64,000 bases of DNA. Origin: a virus. Below the pieces are notes generated by a model. That model searched no databases, was not told where the DNA came from, and saw only the letters and a program-made list of their open reading frames with translations. This document shows, one piece after another, positions 10,206-19,092 of the stretch (position 1 is its first letter; every line of letters starts with the position of its first letter). The DNA is taken from IMG/VR virus record IMGVR_UViG_3300013233_000773, one strand, 5' to 3'. The position numbers and the translations under genes are program-made.

Positions 10206-10523
10206 TCATATGCCCAGCTTACCGTACGGATATTTCAAGCTGGTGGTGGCCGCATACGTGCTGGACCCAGGAGACCATATGCTGCCTCCGCCCCCGCCTG
10301 TCTTCTCCGGCTGCCAGACCCTCTCCATGCTCCTGCGCGACTTCCTTCCATACTTGTCCTTCTTCCTGCCCTTCCTGCTGAGGGACTCTACGGATACCTT
10401 CTGCCCGAACCATTTCCGCTTCCGTTTCCTCCTCTTAAGACCGCTCGCTGGAAAATAGTTTCCAGGGCCGACGTCTATTGCTGCCGTTGCCGTAACGGAC
10501 TCAAGCATTGCGCTCAGCTTCAT
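10206..10523 (-). CDS. Small basic protein, possible capsid-internal protein
   Basis: 'MKLSAMLESVTATAAI' leader followed by a Lys/Arg-rich body; GGAGG RBS. Confidence 0.5.
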   Translation of the reverse strand: MKLSAMLESVTATAAIDVGPGNYFPASGLKRRKRKRKWFGQKVSVESLSRKGRKKDKYGRKSRRSMERVWQPEKTGGGGGSIWSPGSSTYAATTSLKYPYGKLGI

Positions 10524-11133
10524 GTCCTTCCTCCGCGCTTAACTTTGACGGAGGACTTGTCCTACCATAGACGGGAACTATGGCCCCGTCACGTTCCATG
10601 TGCTTGAACACGGACGGCTTGATGATGAACGATGACCTCCCATACATCTCCTCGCCCGAGATCATCTTGCCATACAGTGAATCGTCCAGGACCATCGGAC
10701 CAGCGGCTACCTTCTGGATCGGAACCTCCTGCCTGCCGATGAAGTCACGGAGATAACCTGGACTGCAGAACTTGTTGAGCGACACGCGCACGTCAACCAG
10801 TAGCGGTCCCTCCGCTCCGAAGGCCCAGTAGAAGATCGCGTTCGGTATGCCGACATACTTCATGGTGGCCACTATACGGTGGCTATACTTCTTCATCACC
10901 TCCTCGACGACCGGAACGATGTCTCCGGGATCTTCTGCGTCGAGCACCCTTCCGTCGAAGGCGGCCAGCCTGACGAACACGTCCCCATCCTGCCTGGAGA
11001 CCAGCATGGCCAGGCCTTCCGTACCGTATTCCTCGATGACGTAGATTATCCTGTTGCGCAGCTGCTGCACGTGCTTCAGGCCCACTATCTCTGGATATGG
11101 AAGGATCTCCGGAAGCTCTACAATCCTACTCAT
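10501..11133 (-). CDS. Hypothetical protein (possible degenerate ligase-like fold)
   Basis: ~210-aa ORF within an operon, start MSRIVELP. Confidence 0.55.
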   Translation of the reverse strand: MSRIVELPEILPYPEIVGLKHVQQLRNRIIYVIEEYGTEGLAMLVSRQDGDVFVRLAAFDGRVLDAEDPGDIVPVVEEVMKKYSHRIVATMKYVGIPNAIFYWAFGAEGPLLVDVRVSLNKFCSPGYLRDFIGRQEVPIQKVAAGPMVLDDSLYGKMISGEEMYGRSSFIIKPSVFKHMERDGAIVPVYGRTSPPSKLSAEEGHEAERNA

Positions 11134-11446
11134 CGATGTACCAGACTCCATCCTGGAGAACGTGATATTCTCCTCCCATGGACGACCTCATTGCGGAGAG
11201 GGAGACCTTCCTTGTGTTCTTCGCGTATTCAGCCTCCAGCATGGTGAACAACAGCTTAGGCAGGCCCTCGATAATTACGTGCAGAACGTCTCCGTCAATC
11301 GCCCCTATGACCCCGTACCATCTAGTGAAGAAGCCATGCCAGATGACGAAGTCGCCGATATTAGGAGTCCACTTACGCAGAGAGGCAAACTGCGCGAGGG
11401 CTACGGACGAGGAACCAAGACGCGTGCCCGCAGTGCTATTCTGCAT
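11126..11446 (-). CDS. Hypothetical protein
   Basis: 106-aa ORF overlapping both neighbours; beta-rich 'PNIGDFVIWHG'. Confidence 0.6.
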   Translation of the reverse strand: MQNSTAGTRLGSSSVALAQFASLRKWTPNIGDFVIWHGFFTRWYGVIGAIDGDVLHVIIEGLPKLLFTMLEAEYAKNTRKVSLSAMRSSMGGEYHVLQDGVWYIDE

Positions 11447-11882
11447 CGTCCACCTCGTAGAACTTCAACGATGTCGGATCAAACTCGTACGTAGTCCCTC
11501 CGAGGTGCCACTGCACACGGTAACCGTTCCTGCGGCCCATCAGCCTACGCTCAATAACGAGGTCCACTGCAAAGCTGGTCATGCGCAGTCCACCGGCCTC
11601 CTTCGCCTCTTCGTCATATTTCCTGACTACTTCCATGCCATCCCTAAGGGCCTTCAGAAGGGAGGGCCTTGAGCTGCGTGCCTTGATCGTCCCCTTCCTG
11701 TCTCCACCGTCCTCCTGCCACCCGACGTCCACCTCGAACCCAACCGGAGCGGTGTTGTCCTGCTCGATCATGGACCTTATCATCGCGAACAGGTCCTCGG
11801 GGCTGCGCAGAGGCCTGATGGCCACTCCGATCTCATGTGGTTCGTCCACAATGAGGTCAGGAACTACACCATCCTCAGACAT
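11436..11882 (-). CDS. Hypothetical protein
   Basis: Start MSEDGVVPDL with GGAGG RBS. Confidence 0.6.
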   Translation of the reverse strand: MSEDGVVPDLIVDEPHEIGVAIRPLRSPEDLFAMIRSMIEQDNTAPVGFEVDVGWQEDGGDRKGTIKARSSRPSLLKALRDGMEVVRKYDEEAKEAGGLRMTSFAVDLVIERRLMGRRNGYRVQWHLGGTTYEFDPTSLKFYEVDDAE

Positions 11883-12249
11883 CGGTTCCTCCGTCCGGCA
11901 TGAGTAGTCCGTCATCCTGTCCGGAGTTCTCAAGAACGACATGCCATGGATGTCTCTGGAACCACCTAGATAGCAGCTCGTGAAGGACGTTGGAGAGTCT
12001 ATGCAGCACGAAGATCCTAACGACTACCGACATTGCCGGAGGACCAACGTCAAGAGATGGCAGGTAGAGTGCCAGGGGAACCGCGACCCACACGGACATG
12101 CAATAGCCGCAGCTGACCAGCTTGCTGAGCAGCTGACCCCTCCTCGAGACCCATGCGCGGACTCCAAGAAGAATGTCCGACGACACCAATATCTCGACGA
12201 CAGCCTCTACTGCCAGCGTTGCGGCGAACCATGTAGCCAGGACCATCAT
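11875..12249 (-). CDS. DUF1360-like membrane protein
   Basis: Hydrophobic helices with a 'LVSCGYCMSVWV' CxxC motif. Confidence 0.6.
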   Translation of the reverse strand: MMVLATWFAATLAVEAVVEILVSSDILLGVRAWVSRRGQLLSKLVSCGYCMSVWVAVPLALYLPSLDVGPPAMSVVVRIFVLHRLSNVLHELLSRWFQRHPWHVVLENSGQDDGLLMPDGGTDV

Positions 12250-12266
12250 GACGCTATATACGCAGA

Positions 12267-12581
12267 CTACCCTGTTATCCGATATCCGCACGACCTGTTT
12301 GTGCATACGAATGAATATCTGCGGCGCCTCTCCTTGACGTCATATCTAGGCAATCCTGCCATTGGCCAGGTACAGCGCGGGCACTTCTTGTGCTTGGCTA
12401 TCTGCTGTCCGGTCACTCCCCTCGTCACCGCCTTTACAGGGGCCTTGCTCAGCGGCACCTTCCTTGTCGGCTTCGGCCGCACAGCACTACGCGCCGTGCC
12501 CTTTAGTGGTTGGGCGGTCGGCCTGCTCCTCGCAGACCTAGTGTAGAGAACGTTCCGTTTGCCACCTCCGCAGCAGCCCAT
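12267..12581 (-). CDS. Basic Zn-ribbon protein
   Basis: MGCCGGG start with GGAGG RBS; CPRC...CTNRSC. Confidence 0.6.
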   Translation of the reverse strand: MGCCGGGKRNVLYTRSARSRPTAQPLKGTARSAVRPKPTRKVPLSKAPVKAVTRGVTGQQIAKHKKCPRCTWPMAGLPRYDVKERRRRYSFVCTNRSCGYRITG

Positions 12582-12595
12582 GTCAGGCCCTCCTG

Positions 12596-13186
12596 TCAAG
12601 ATATTTTTGTCAGGGGCTGAAAGAACTTCTCGGGGTTGCACGACCTGGACAGTGATCTCCATCCGACTATGCAAGGAGTAGGAAGGCTCACCTCCTGCTT
12701 CTTTACGCCCTTGCGGCTGACCACATTGACGGTCACTACGCTGCGGTAGGAGTCCACGACGATCCTTGGACCTCCATATTCGAGGTGCTCAAGGGACCAT
12801 GCCGTCATGGCCACGAAATCGTTTCCCACGTCCTTGTTCGCAGACCTACCGATCTTGAACCCAAGGAACGGCTGCAGGCCGACCTCGTCTGCGTCCGAGC
12901 ACGTCTCGTTCCACCAGGTGGTGAAACAGGCAGGTCCGGCATTGCTGGCTAGTAGGCCTGGTTGAAAGTCGTTCGGCCTGTTCTTGGACTCTACGCAGAA
13001 GGCGAAGAGAGGATCATCGCATATGACGTCGCCGCAGAACCTGTGCTGGGCTATCTTGACTCCGCCGAACTTGTTGAATCCGCCACTGCTTGGAGTCTTG
13101 CGGAAGCTACGCCCGGTAAGCTCCATTAGCAGCTTCGCCCAGCGTCTCTCTCCATAGTCTCCCTTGCGTTTCGACTTATTGCCCAT
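12596..13186 (-). CDS. Holliday junction resolvase (Hjc-like PD-(D/E)xK nuclease)
   Basis: 'SKRKGDYGER', 'RKTPSSGG', 'GDVI', 'VESKN'. Confidence 0.8.
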   Translation of the reverse strand: MGNKSKRKGDYGERRWAKLLMELTGRSFRKTPSSGGFNKFGGVKIAQHRFCGDVICDDPLFAFCVESKNRPNDFQPGLLASNAGPACFTTWWNETCSDADEVGLQPFLGFKIGRSANKDVGNDFVAMTAWSLEHLEYGGPRIVVDSYRSVVTVNVVSRKGVKKQEVSLPTPCIVGWRSLSRSCNPEKFFQPLTKIS

Positions 13187-13213
13187 TGGCGGTGCTCCAG
13201 GTTCTGGAGCTAT

Positions 13214-13744
13214 CTACCCGGTGATCCACTTGTTCCTGGGAGCAGTAAAGGCATCAGCGCCGGACTTATCAGGCACGCCACGCAGGACGCCGTTCAGGAA
13301 AGCCTTGACGTAGTCGACCTGCTCCGGCTTCAAGAAGGTATCGCTGCCTGGGGCAGGAAGATATACGTCCAGGACGGTCGCAGCGGCGACCACTACGTTC
13401 TTCACCTCGTCGGGAAGGTCCTTGAACAATGAGGAGTTGATGAACTCGCGCACCTCCGCCGAAGCAGGCAGCTTGCCTTCCCCGCTGAAGTACGGCAGTA
13501 GGACCTCGGTGACGTTCTTCTGAAGCTTGGCTCCAGCCTCCTTTGCTGCGGCGGCATCCTTCTCGCTCCACTTAGCGAACCCGATCCTGACTCCCTGTCC
13601 GACTGCGAGCTCAATCCCGGCCACGATCTGGTCATGGTTCTTCTTGACCACCTCCTGCAGCTTCTGCTTCTGGGCATCCGTGCATCCCATGTTAGGTACC
13701 GACAGGGCACACAACATCGCTACGAGAATGATCTTCCTCATCAT
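13214..13744 (-). CDS. Putative lipoprotein
   Basis: Signal peptide 'MMRKIILVAMLCALSVPNMGC' followed by a helical body. Confidence 0.6.
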   Translation of the reverse strand: MMRKIILVAMLCALSVPNMGCTDAQKQKLQEVVKKNHDQIVAGIELAVGQGVRIGFAKWSEKDAAAAKEAGAKLQKNVTEVLLPYFSGEGKLPASAEVREFINSSLFKDLPDEVKNVVVAAATVLDVYLPAPGSDTFLKPEQVDYVKAFLNGVLRGVPDKSGADAFTAPRNKWITG

Positions 13745-13752
13745 CGATCCTC

Positions 13753-14157
13753 CTAGATTATCAACAGGCCAAGAAGGCCTATTGCAAGCCTCGTTCCTAG
13801 CTTTCTGCCAAGCTCCAGCCAGAAACGCCTAGCCGCCTGGATCTCCAGTGCCGTCTCCATCATCTCCTGAGCACTGGCCCCGACCCTGTCGACGATCTCG
13901 ACGTTGTCCAGTGCCGAGTACATCTCCACCAGGGCGTCGAACGACTTCCCCTCGGACATTAGCTCCAGATATCTCACGACGGCATCCTTGCCGACCTGGA
14001 GCAGTCTCTGCCGGTTGTTCCGCAGAAGGTCAACGACCTCATCTGAGACTTCGGCCAGTACCTCCTTGCCAGTAGGAGAGGTGAAGGAGATCTTGCCGTC
14101 GTCCTTCAGGGCCTCCTCTAGGACGCTGATTAATTGGCTGAGCCATTCGTTCGACAT
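13753..14157 (-). CDS. Hypothetical protein with C-terminal hydrophobic anchor
   Basis: Ends 'RLAIGLLGLLII'. Confidence 0.6.
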   Translation of the reverse strand: MSNEWLSQLISVLEEALKDDGKISFTSPTGKEVLAEVSDEVVDLLRNNRQRLLQVGKDAVVRYLELMSEGKSFDALVEMYSALDNVEIVDRVGASAQEMMETALEIQAARRFWLELGRKLGTRLAIGLLGLLII

Positions 14158-14164
14158 GTGGTCG

Positions 14165-14416
14165 CTACTTCCGGCCCCATCCGTTCACTTCACGGTCGAG
14201 GGCCTCTAGGGCCTTTAGCGTCGCTCGCACCATCTTGTCGTCCTGCGCGGGAGTCGGATCGTTCTTCTTGTCGCCATCATCCTTCCTGTCGATGTACACC
14301 TTAAACAGCGCGTGCTGGTCGCGTATCCGGGACGCAGTCGCACGACTTACCGACCTGCACCCAGACAACACGGCAGTGAAGGACAACAGGACGAGAATGG
14401 CGAATGCTCTGCGCAT
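14165..14416 (-). CDS. Small lipoprotein
   Basis: 'MRRAFAILVLLSFTAVLSGC' is a canonical lipobox (LSGC). Confidence 0.7.
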   Translation of the reverse strand: MRRAFAILVLLSFTAVLSGCRSVSRATASRIRDQHALFKVYIDRKDDGDKKNDPTPAQDDKMVRATLKALEALDREVNGWGRK

Positions 14417-14679
14417 CAGACAACTTTCTTCGTGATTATCATGCTCTGGTCTACCTGCACAGGCTCGAAACCGGCGGCAGCCTCAAGCTCCAGAAACCCC
14501 CTGATCGTCGGGTTGCCGGAAGTAGTGGGGATCGTCGGATCGTCGACCAGCCGGTGCTCCTCGACGAACGACAGAGCCTCCTTGATGGTGACCGAGTCCT
14601 TTCCTACCTGATATATCCTGCCTGTGCTCTGGTTGATCCTGAATAAGCCCATGGCTGCAACATGAACCGAGACCGCCAT
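14416..14679 (-). CDS. Hypothetical protein
   Basis: 87 aa with AGGAG RBS, preceded by a CAAAGATA motif. Confidence 0.6.
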   Translation of the reverse strand: MAVSVHVAAMGLFRINQSTGRIYQVGKDSVTIKEALSFVEEHRLVDDPTIPTTSGNPTIRGFLELEAAAGFEPVQVDQSMIITKKVV

Positions 14680-14719
14680 CTGGATGCTCCTTGTCCTGGG
14701 GGCGACGCATCAAGCTCTT

Positions 14720-15574
14720 CTATCTTTGCGCCGCAGCCGCTCCTATTGTCTTGAACGTCTGAAAGGTCCTGCCGTATTCCGCCAACAGGCCCCTTATCCT
14801 GTACCTCGTTGCGAAGGCTCTGATGGCATCGCCGTCGAAGACCGGTCTACGGGCACGGACGCGGGAGACGTAGGAGACGTTCTCTAGGACGTATGGACAC
14901 ATGGACAGGTCTATCAGGGCCCTATTGCGCCTGTACGTCCCGTCGCCGCGCAGGTCGAAGAACTCCAGCCTGTGGGCATAGTCGGCGATGATCTTTGCTG
15001 CCCTCTTTGGCCCAATCCCGTCGTAGCCAGGAATGTTGTCGGCCTTCTCCCCAACGAACGACTTCACCTCTACTGGATCGAGATCAACGCAGGCGAGTCG
15101 GCCTTTCTGCATCGGATTGTATACCTGCACGCCGCGCAAGTTGAATTCTAGCTGCCTAAAGTCACTATCGGAGCTAACGATCACGGCCTCGTCTCGTCCT
15201 CGTTGTCTACAGAAGGCATATACGAGGTCGTCCGCCTCCTGCCCGGCCCGGACGTAGTTCAGGCAGTTCATGTGTTGAGCTAGGGATAGACAGGCCTCCG
15301 AACACCTCTGCAGCAGTTCAGTGACTTGTTCACGGTCATATCGGCTGTGCGCATTGCGCCCGCACTTGTAGGTCGGCAATATCTTGCGCCGCCACAGTCC
15401 ATCCTTTGGCGTGTCCCAGAACAGATGAACGTGTCTAGGCCTGAAGCGTCTTACCCAGGAGTTGAGGAACCGGAAGAAGATCAGGACATGGTCCTCGCCG
15501 GCCGGATCGGAGAGGCCGGCGAAGACCGCCCTGTACATGCTGTTCCTGGCATCGACCAGAAGATGTTCCGTCAT
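14720..15574 (-). CDS. 5'-3' exonuclease / flap endonuclease (T4 RNase H-like)
   Basis: 'LLVDARN','YKCGR','EADDL','SSDSDFRQL','GEKADNIPGYDGIGPKRA'. Confidence 0.9.
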   Translation of the reverse strand: MTEHLLVDARNSMYRAVFAGLSDPAGEDHVLIFFRFLNSWVRRFRPRHVHLFWDTPKDGLWRRKILPTYKCGRNAHSRYDREQVTELLQRCSEACLSLAQHMNCLNYVRAGQEADDLVYAFCRQRGRDEAVIVSSDSDFRQLEFNLRGVQVYNPMQKGRLACVDLDPVEVKSFVGEKADNIPGYDGIGPKRAAKIIADYAHRLEFFDLRGDGTYRRNRALIDLSMCPYVLENVSYVSRVRARRPVFDGDAIRAFATRYRIRGLLAEYGRTFQTFKTIGAAAAQR

Positions 15575-15589
15575 GCAAGCTCCGCCCGC

Positions 15590-16663
15590 TCATGCTCCCT
15601 TGATCTGTTGAAGAAGCGACGCCAGTTCATCGTCCTCTTCGCCGATGGCTGGCTTCTTTGCTGCCTTAGCCTTTGGCTTCTCTGCCGTAGGTTCGGTAAC
15701 CTCGGCAATCACCTCGTTCTCGGTCTCTTCGGACGAGGCCCCGGAGACCTCCGAGACTACCTCCTGGCCCACGACCGCAGCAACCTCGGTAACCTCGGCA
15801 GTCGTCTCCACGACGACTTCTGACTCCTTTCTATCCTTTCCTGCGACGTCGATCACCTGATCTGCTCCGTCATGCTTTCCGCCGTTGATCTTGTCGTCTA
15901 CGATCTTCTGGAGCTTCTCCGGCTTACGCGCAGGGAACTTATTCACGAGCACATGCCGCTTGTCCAGGATCGCCTGAATCGCCTTCTCGTCCGGCTTGCC
16001 ATCCTTGGTCGCGACGAGCGGCCCAAAGGTCTTGGGTAGAAAGCTTGACTCCTCGTAGGTGTTCCAATCGCCCTTGTTGCCCACTACGAGCTTGAACGTG
16101 TAGCCCTCGTATGGATGATAGAAGATCCCGGCGGCCTTTGGATCGAGCTCATCGCCCTCGTCATCGTTCAGGATGCACTCGTCCATCTTCTTGAAGACGG
16201 TCATCGGCATGCTGAACCACATCACCTTGCCGCGCACCGACTCTGGATTGTTCTTGATGTTGAGGAAGTAGACGTTAACCGAGAAGTATGTCCTCGGGAT
16301 ATACTCCTTGAAGATCTTCTTGCGGACATCATCGTCGGTCTCCCCATCGAGCATGTCCCATCCAAGGCTGCACAGGGGACAGTCCTCGCTGTCATGGACC
16401 CTTGGACACTCCAGCTTGTCGTTCCCGACCCAATGAGCCCCGTTCTCGTAATACCACATGTCACTAGAGACCTCACAGGTCCCGGTTGCGCACTTATCCT
16501 CCTTCTCGAGCTCCGGCAGTACGCGGAAGTATGCCGTCCACTTATCCTTCCCCTTCATCTTAGGCGCACGGAACTCGTCCGGATCCTTCGCCCTAGAAGA
16601 CCGTTCGCTCCTCTTCTGGAGCATGCGCTTGCGCAGCTCCTCCCTGCTCGGCCACTTCTTCAT
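15590..16663 (-). CDS. Single-stranded DNA-binding protein (T4 gp32-like)
   Basis: 'FRVLP', H..C..CPLC Zn site, 'YFSVNVY','GKVMWF','EGYTFKLV','YEESSF', acidic tail. Confidence 0.85.
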   Translation of the reverse strand: MKKWPSREELRKRMLQKRSERSSRAKDPDEFRAPKMKGKDKWTAYFRVLPELEKEDKCATGTCEVSSDMWYYENGAHWVGNDKLECPRVHDSEDCPLCSLGWDMLDGETDDDVRKKIFKEYIPRTYFSVNVYFLNIKNNPESVRGKVMWFSMPMTVFKKMDECILNDDEGDELDPKAAGIFYHPYEGYTFKLVVGNKGDWNTYEESSFLPKTFGPLVATKDGKPDEKAIQAILDKRHVLVNKFPARKPEKLQKIVDDKINGGKHDGADQVIDVAGKDRKESEVVVETTAEVTEVAAVVGQEVVSEVSGASSEETENEVIAEVTEPTAEKPKAKAAKKPAIGEEDDELASLLQQIKGA

Positions 16664-16684
16664 TGCACTTCTCCTTTAATGCGC

Positions 16685-16717
16685 GCTCTAGCTCTAGCTC
16701 TAGCTCTAGTCCTAGCT
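16685..16717. repeat. Hexamer tandem repeat (GCTCTA)n in the ssb leader
   Basis: gctctagctctagctctagctctagtcctagcta lies between the UvsY-like stop and the ssb RBS. Confidence 0.8.
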
Positions 16718-17188
16718 ACGGCGCTGTTCCTCACGCTTGAACCCCGCAAGGCTGCGGAGATGTTCAGACTTCCTGCAGAGAGCATAGACCAGGGCACGGA
16801 TCTTATGCTCCTTCCTTGACTCATTCACGATCTCGGCCTCCACCCGGATCATTCTCTCATCGGCCAGTGCCAAGTCCTTAATCACCTGCACGCTCAGCTT
16901 GACGCCATCGAGCCTAGCCTTTTCCTGAATCGTAGAGACTATCTGCCCACGGACAGCCTCCTTCCTGGCCTCCAGGACCGCAACGACCGCACGCTGCTCT
17001 GCGAGCAGCATGTCGAAGAACACTAGCTGCTCCGGCAGGACCGCCAATTCCTCCTCGAGATCGTCGAAGTCAATCCGAAGGTCAGGACGCACATCCTTCT
17101 GGAAGACAGTCCGACCCGGAAGCTCAACCCGCAGGTTGAACAGATAATCCGCCACGTCCGGGTCCACGTTCTTGGCTATCCAGCTCAT
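16712..17188 (-). CDS. UvsY-like recombination mediator
   Basis: ATG 17188 with GGAGG RBS; helical protein ending 'LCRKSEHLRSLAGFKREE', directly upstream of ssb. Confidence 0.55.
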   Translation of the reverse strand: MSWIAKNVDPDVADYLFNLRVELPGRTVFQKDVRPDLRIDFDDLEEELAVLPEQLVFFDMLLAEQRAVVAVLEARKEAVRGQIVSTIQEKARLDGVKLSVQVIKDLALADERMIRVEAEIVNESRKEHKIRALVYALCRKSEHLRSLAGFKREEQRRS

Positions 17189-17211
17189 GCGTCCTCCAGC
17201 CGTCAAATACG

Positions 17212-18363
17212 TCACGGCACAGAACGAAGCAGCTTCCAGCCGCGCCACCGCCGACCGACGCTCACCCTCAAGGGCATCATTAAGCCCCCGACACCCTCCA
17301 ACGGCCTGGCCACTATCTCCTGAAGCGACGGAAGTAGTTCTCCAATCGAGTTCTCTGGCGCGCAGAGGACGACCGAATCGTGAACCTCCGTCAACACGTT
17401 CTGTGGACACCTCCGCAGCAACCTGGCCATCACGGAATGCATGGCGTGCGCCACGGAGCCTTGAAACTGCGCATTGAACACGCTAAGCTCATTGCGGCCA
17501 TTCTCTCCCCCGACGCCATACCTACGCCCCAGGATCGTCTCCACGAAGCCCTCCGACCGCATCCTGGCAACCCTGTCCGCCATCCACTTCCTAAACTCCG
17601 GAAAAGGCTGAAAGACCGGATCGTCGGTCCTGAGCGAATAAAAGGAACGGAAGAAATCACGCTTGCACTGCTCCCTAGAGGGCTCGCCGAGGCACTCCGC
17701 TATCACGCTGTACGGATCACCCCTGGAGAACGCAGCGGCCATCGGCCCGTCCCCGGACATGAACGCAGCCATGCGCACGTCCGCAGCCGTCCAGTCGAGA
17801 CAAACGAACCAGTCATAATCATCCCGAACATGCCTGACGGCAGTCTCCCCGGTCATTCCCTGAACGTTGAAGCCAGTCGTCCTCGAACGGCCAGTATAGG
17901 TCCCAAGATCATAGTGGATGCCATCGACGCGCCTATATCCGTGCATGACCCCACGCTGCTGCAGAATCGCATACATGACTGAAGCCCTGCCCATCAACAC
18001 GCGCCACGGATCTTCACGGACGCTCCGGACAGACTCTACGGCGGCCCTCAACAACGACTTCCGGACCGACGCTGCGTCCCTGGCCCGCCCAGCCGCGACC
18101 GGCACGCACGACTCAACCAGCCCATGTCCGCCATGAAGCTCAAGACCAAACCCCAGCAAGTGCGTGACGCAGTCGTTACATAACGCCCCATCCTCGAGCA
18201 GCTCACGCACCCTCTGTACGCCATTCCTGACCTGCTTCAGCCTGAGACCAGTACCGGGAAGATACGCGTCTATGAACTCCACCCTGCCGTCCTCCACCAC
18301 GACGGACGACAATGGCCTAGGGTGATTCCTGCTCTTATCGAACAGCGTTACGACATGGCGCAT
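17212..18363 (-). CDS. Compact family A DNA polymerase (polymerase domain only)
   Basis: 'TYTGRS..GFNVQ', motif A 'LDWTAADVR', motif B 'REQCKRDFFRSFY', 'GFVETILGRR', 'FNAQFQGSVA', motif C 'EVHDSVV'. Confidence 0.8.
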   Translation of the reverse strand: MRHVVTLFDKSRNHPRPLSSVVVEDGRVEFIDAYLPGTGLRLKQVRNGVQRVRELLEDGALCNDCVTHLLGFGLELHGGHGLVESCVPVAAGRARDAASVRKSLLRAAVESVRSVREDPWRVLMGRASVMYAILQQRGVMHGYRRVDGIHYDLGTYTGRSRTTGFNVQGMTGETAVRHVRDDYDWFVCLDWTAADVRMAAFMSGDGPMAAAFSRGDPYSVIAECLGEPSREQCKRDFFRSFYSLRTDDPVFQPFPEFRKWMADRVARMRSEGFVETILGRRYGVGGENGRNELSVFNAQFQGSVAHAMHSVMARLLRRCPQNVLTEVHDSVVLCAPENSIGELLPSLQEIVARPLEGVGGLMMPLRVSVGRRWRGWKLLRSVP

Positions 18364-18372
18364 TACGCGCGA

Positions 18373-19089
18373 TCAAATACTCAGCAGACCACCAAGCCCT
18401 ACTTCGCCGACCCTACGGACTATCTCGTCGCTGCACTCTTTGGTCATGTGGTTCGCCCAATCTCCGACTATACCCTTCCTGGGCAAAACGGGATTGCCTT
18501 CCCATAGGCCAGGAACCCTCACTCCAGTAAGCTGCCTGTCCAAGAACGACGATACTCTCTTCATGACGTCGACGAATCGACGCTTCAGGTCCGTGTAACG
18601 CACCATGAGCACTCTTCCATCGGACGACCACGGCCTGACGTGCGCGATCCACCTGTCCACAAAGTCCTCCGACCTGATCCACGAATACGCTCCGTCGAAC
18701 GGCCACTCATATGGCCTGGTCCTAAGGGCAAACTCCTCGACCGACGAAGGTCTTGGAAATGCCTGGACCCCTACGGAACGGAAATAGAAGAACATACTGA
18801 CGATCACGTCCCTTGGATCGCGCACCACGTATATCGTGCGGAAGCGACCCAGCTCCTCTGAGAGATATTCGTACGCATGGTGCGACTTATATATCGTGCC
18901 CGGACTGCTCTTCCTGCAGAACAAAGCCGTCCTGTCGCGGTAACCCTCCTTCCATTCCAAGCCAGGATCAACGTAATCAACTATAGGAACGTCCACGTGC
19001 GCGGCAGGAAGCCCCAGATTGGCTGACAACGAGTTGATCATGAAGTGAGTTCCAGAACGCTCATGCGACGCGACCAGGACGCTGCCCAT
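18373..19089 (-). CDS. Sulfotransferase (Sulfotransfer_1-like)
   Basis: 5'-PSB 'SHERSGTHF', 'KSH', 3'-PB 'YVVRDPRDVIVS', 'RKGIVGDW'. Confidence 0.88.
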   Translation of the reverse strand: MGSVLVASHERSGTHFMINSLSANLGLPAAHVDVPIVDYVDPGLEWKEGYRDRTALFCRKSSPGTIYKSHHAYEYLSEELGRFRTIYVVRDPRDVIVSMFFYFRSVGVQAFPRPSSVEEFALRTRPYEWPFDGAYSWIRSEDFVDRWIAHVRPWSSDGRVLMVRYTDLKRRFVDVMKRVSSFLDRQLTGVRVPGLWEGNPVLPRKGIVGDWANHMTKECSDEIVRRVGEVGLGGLLSI

Positions 19090-19092
19090 GTC

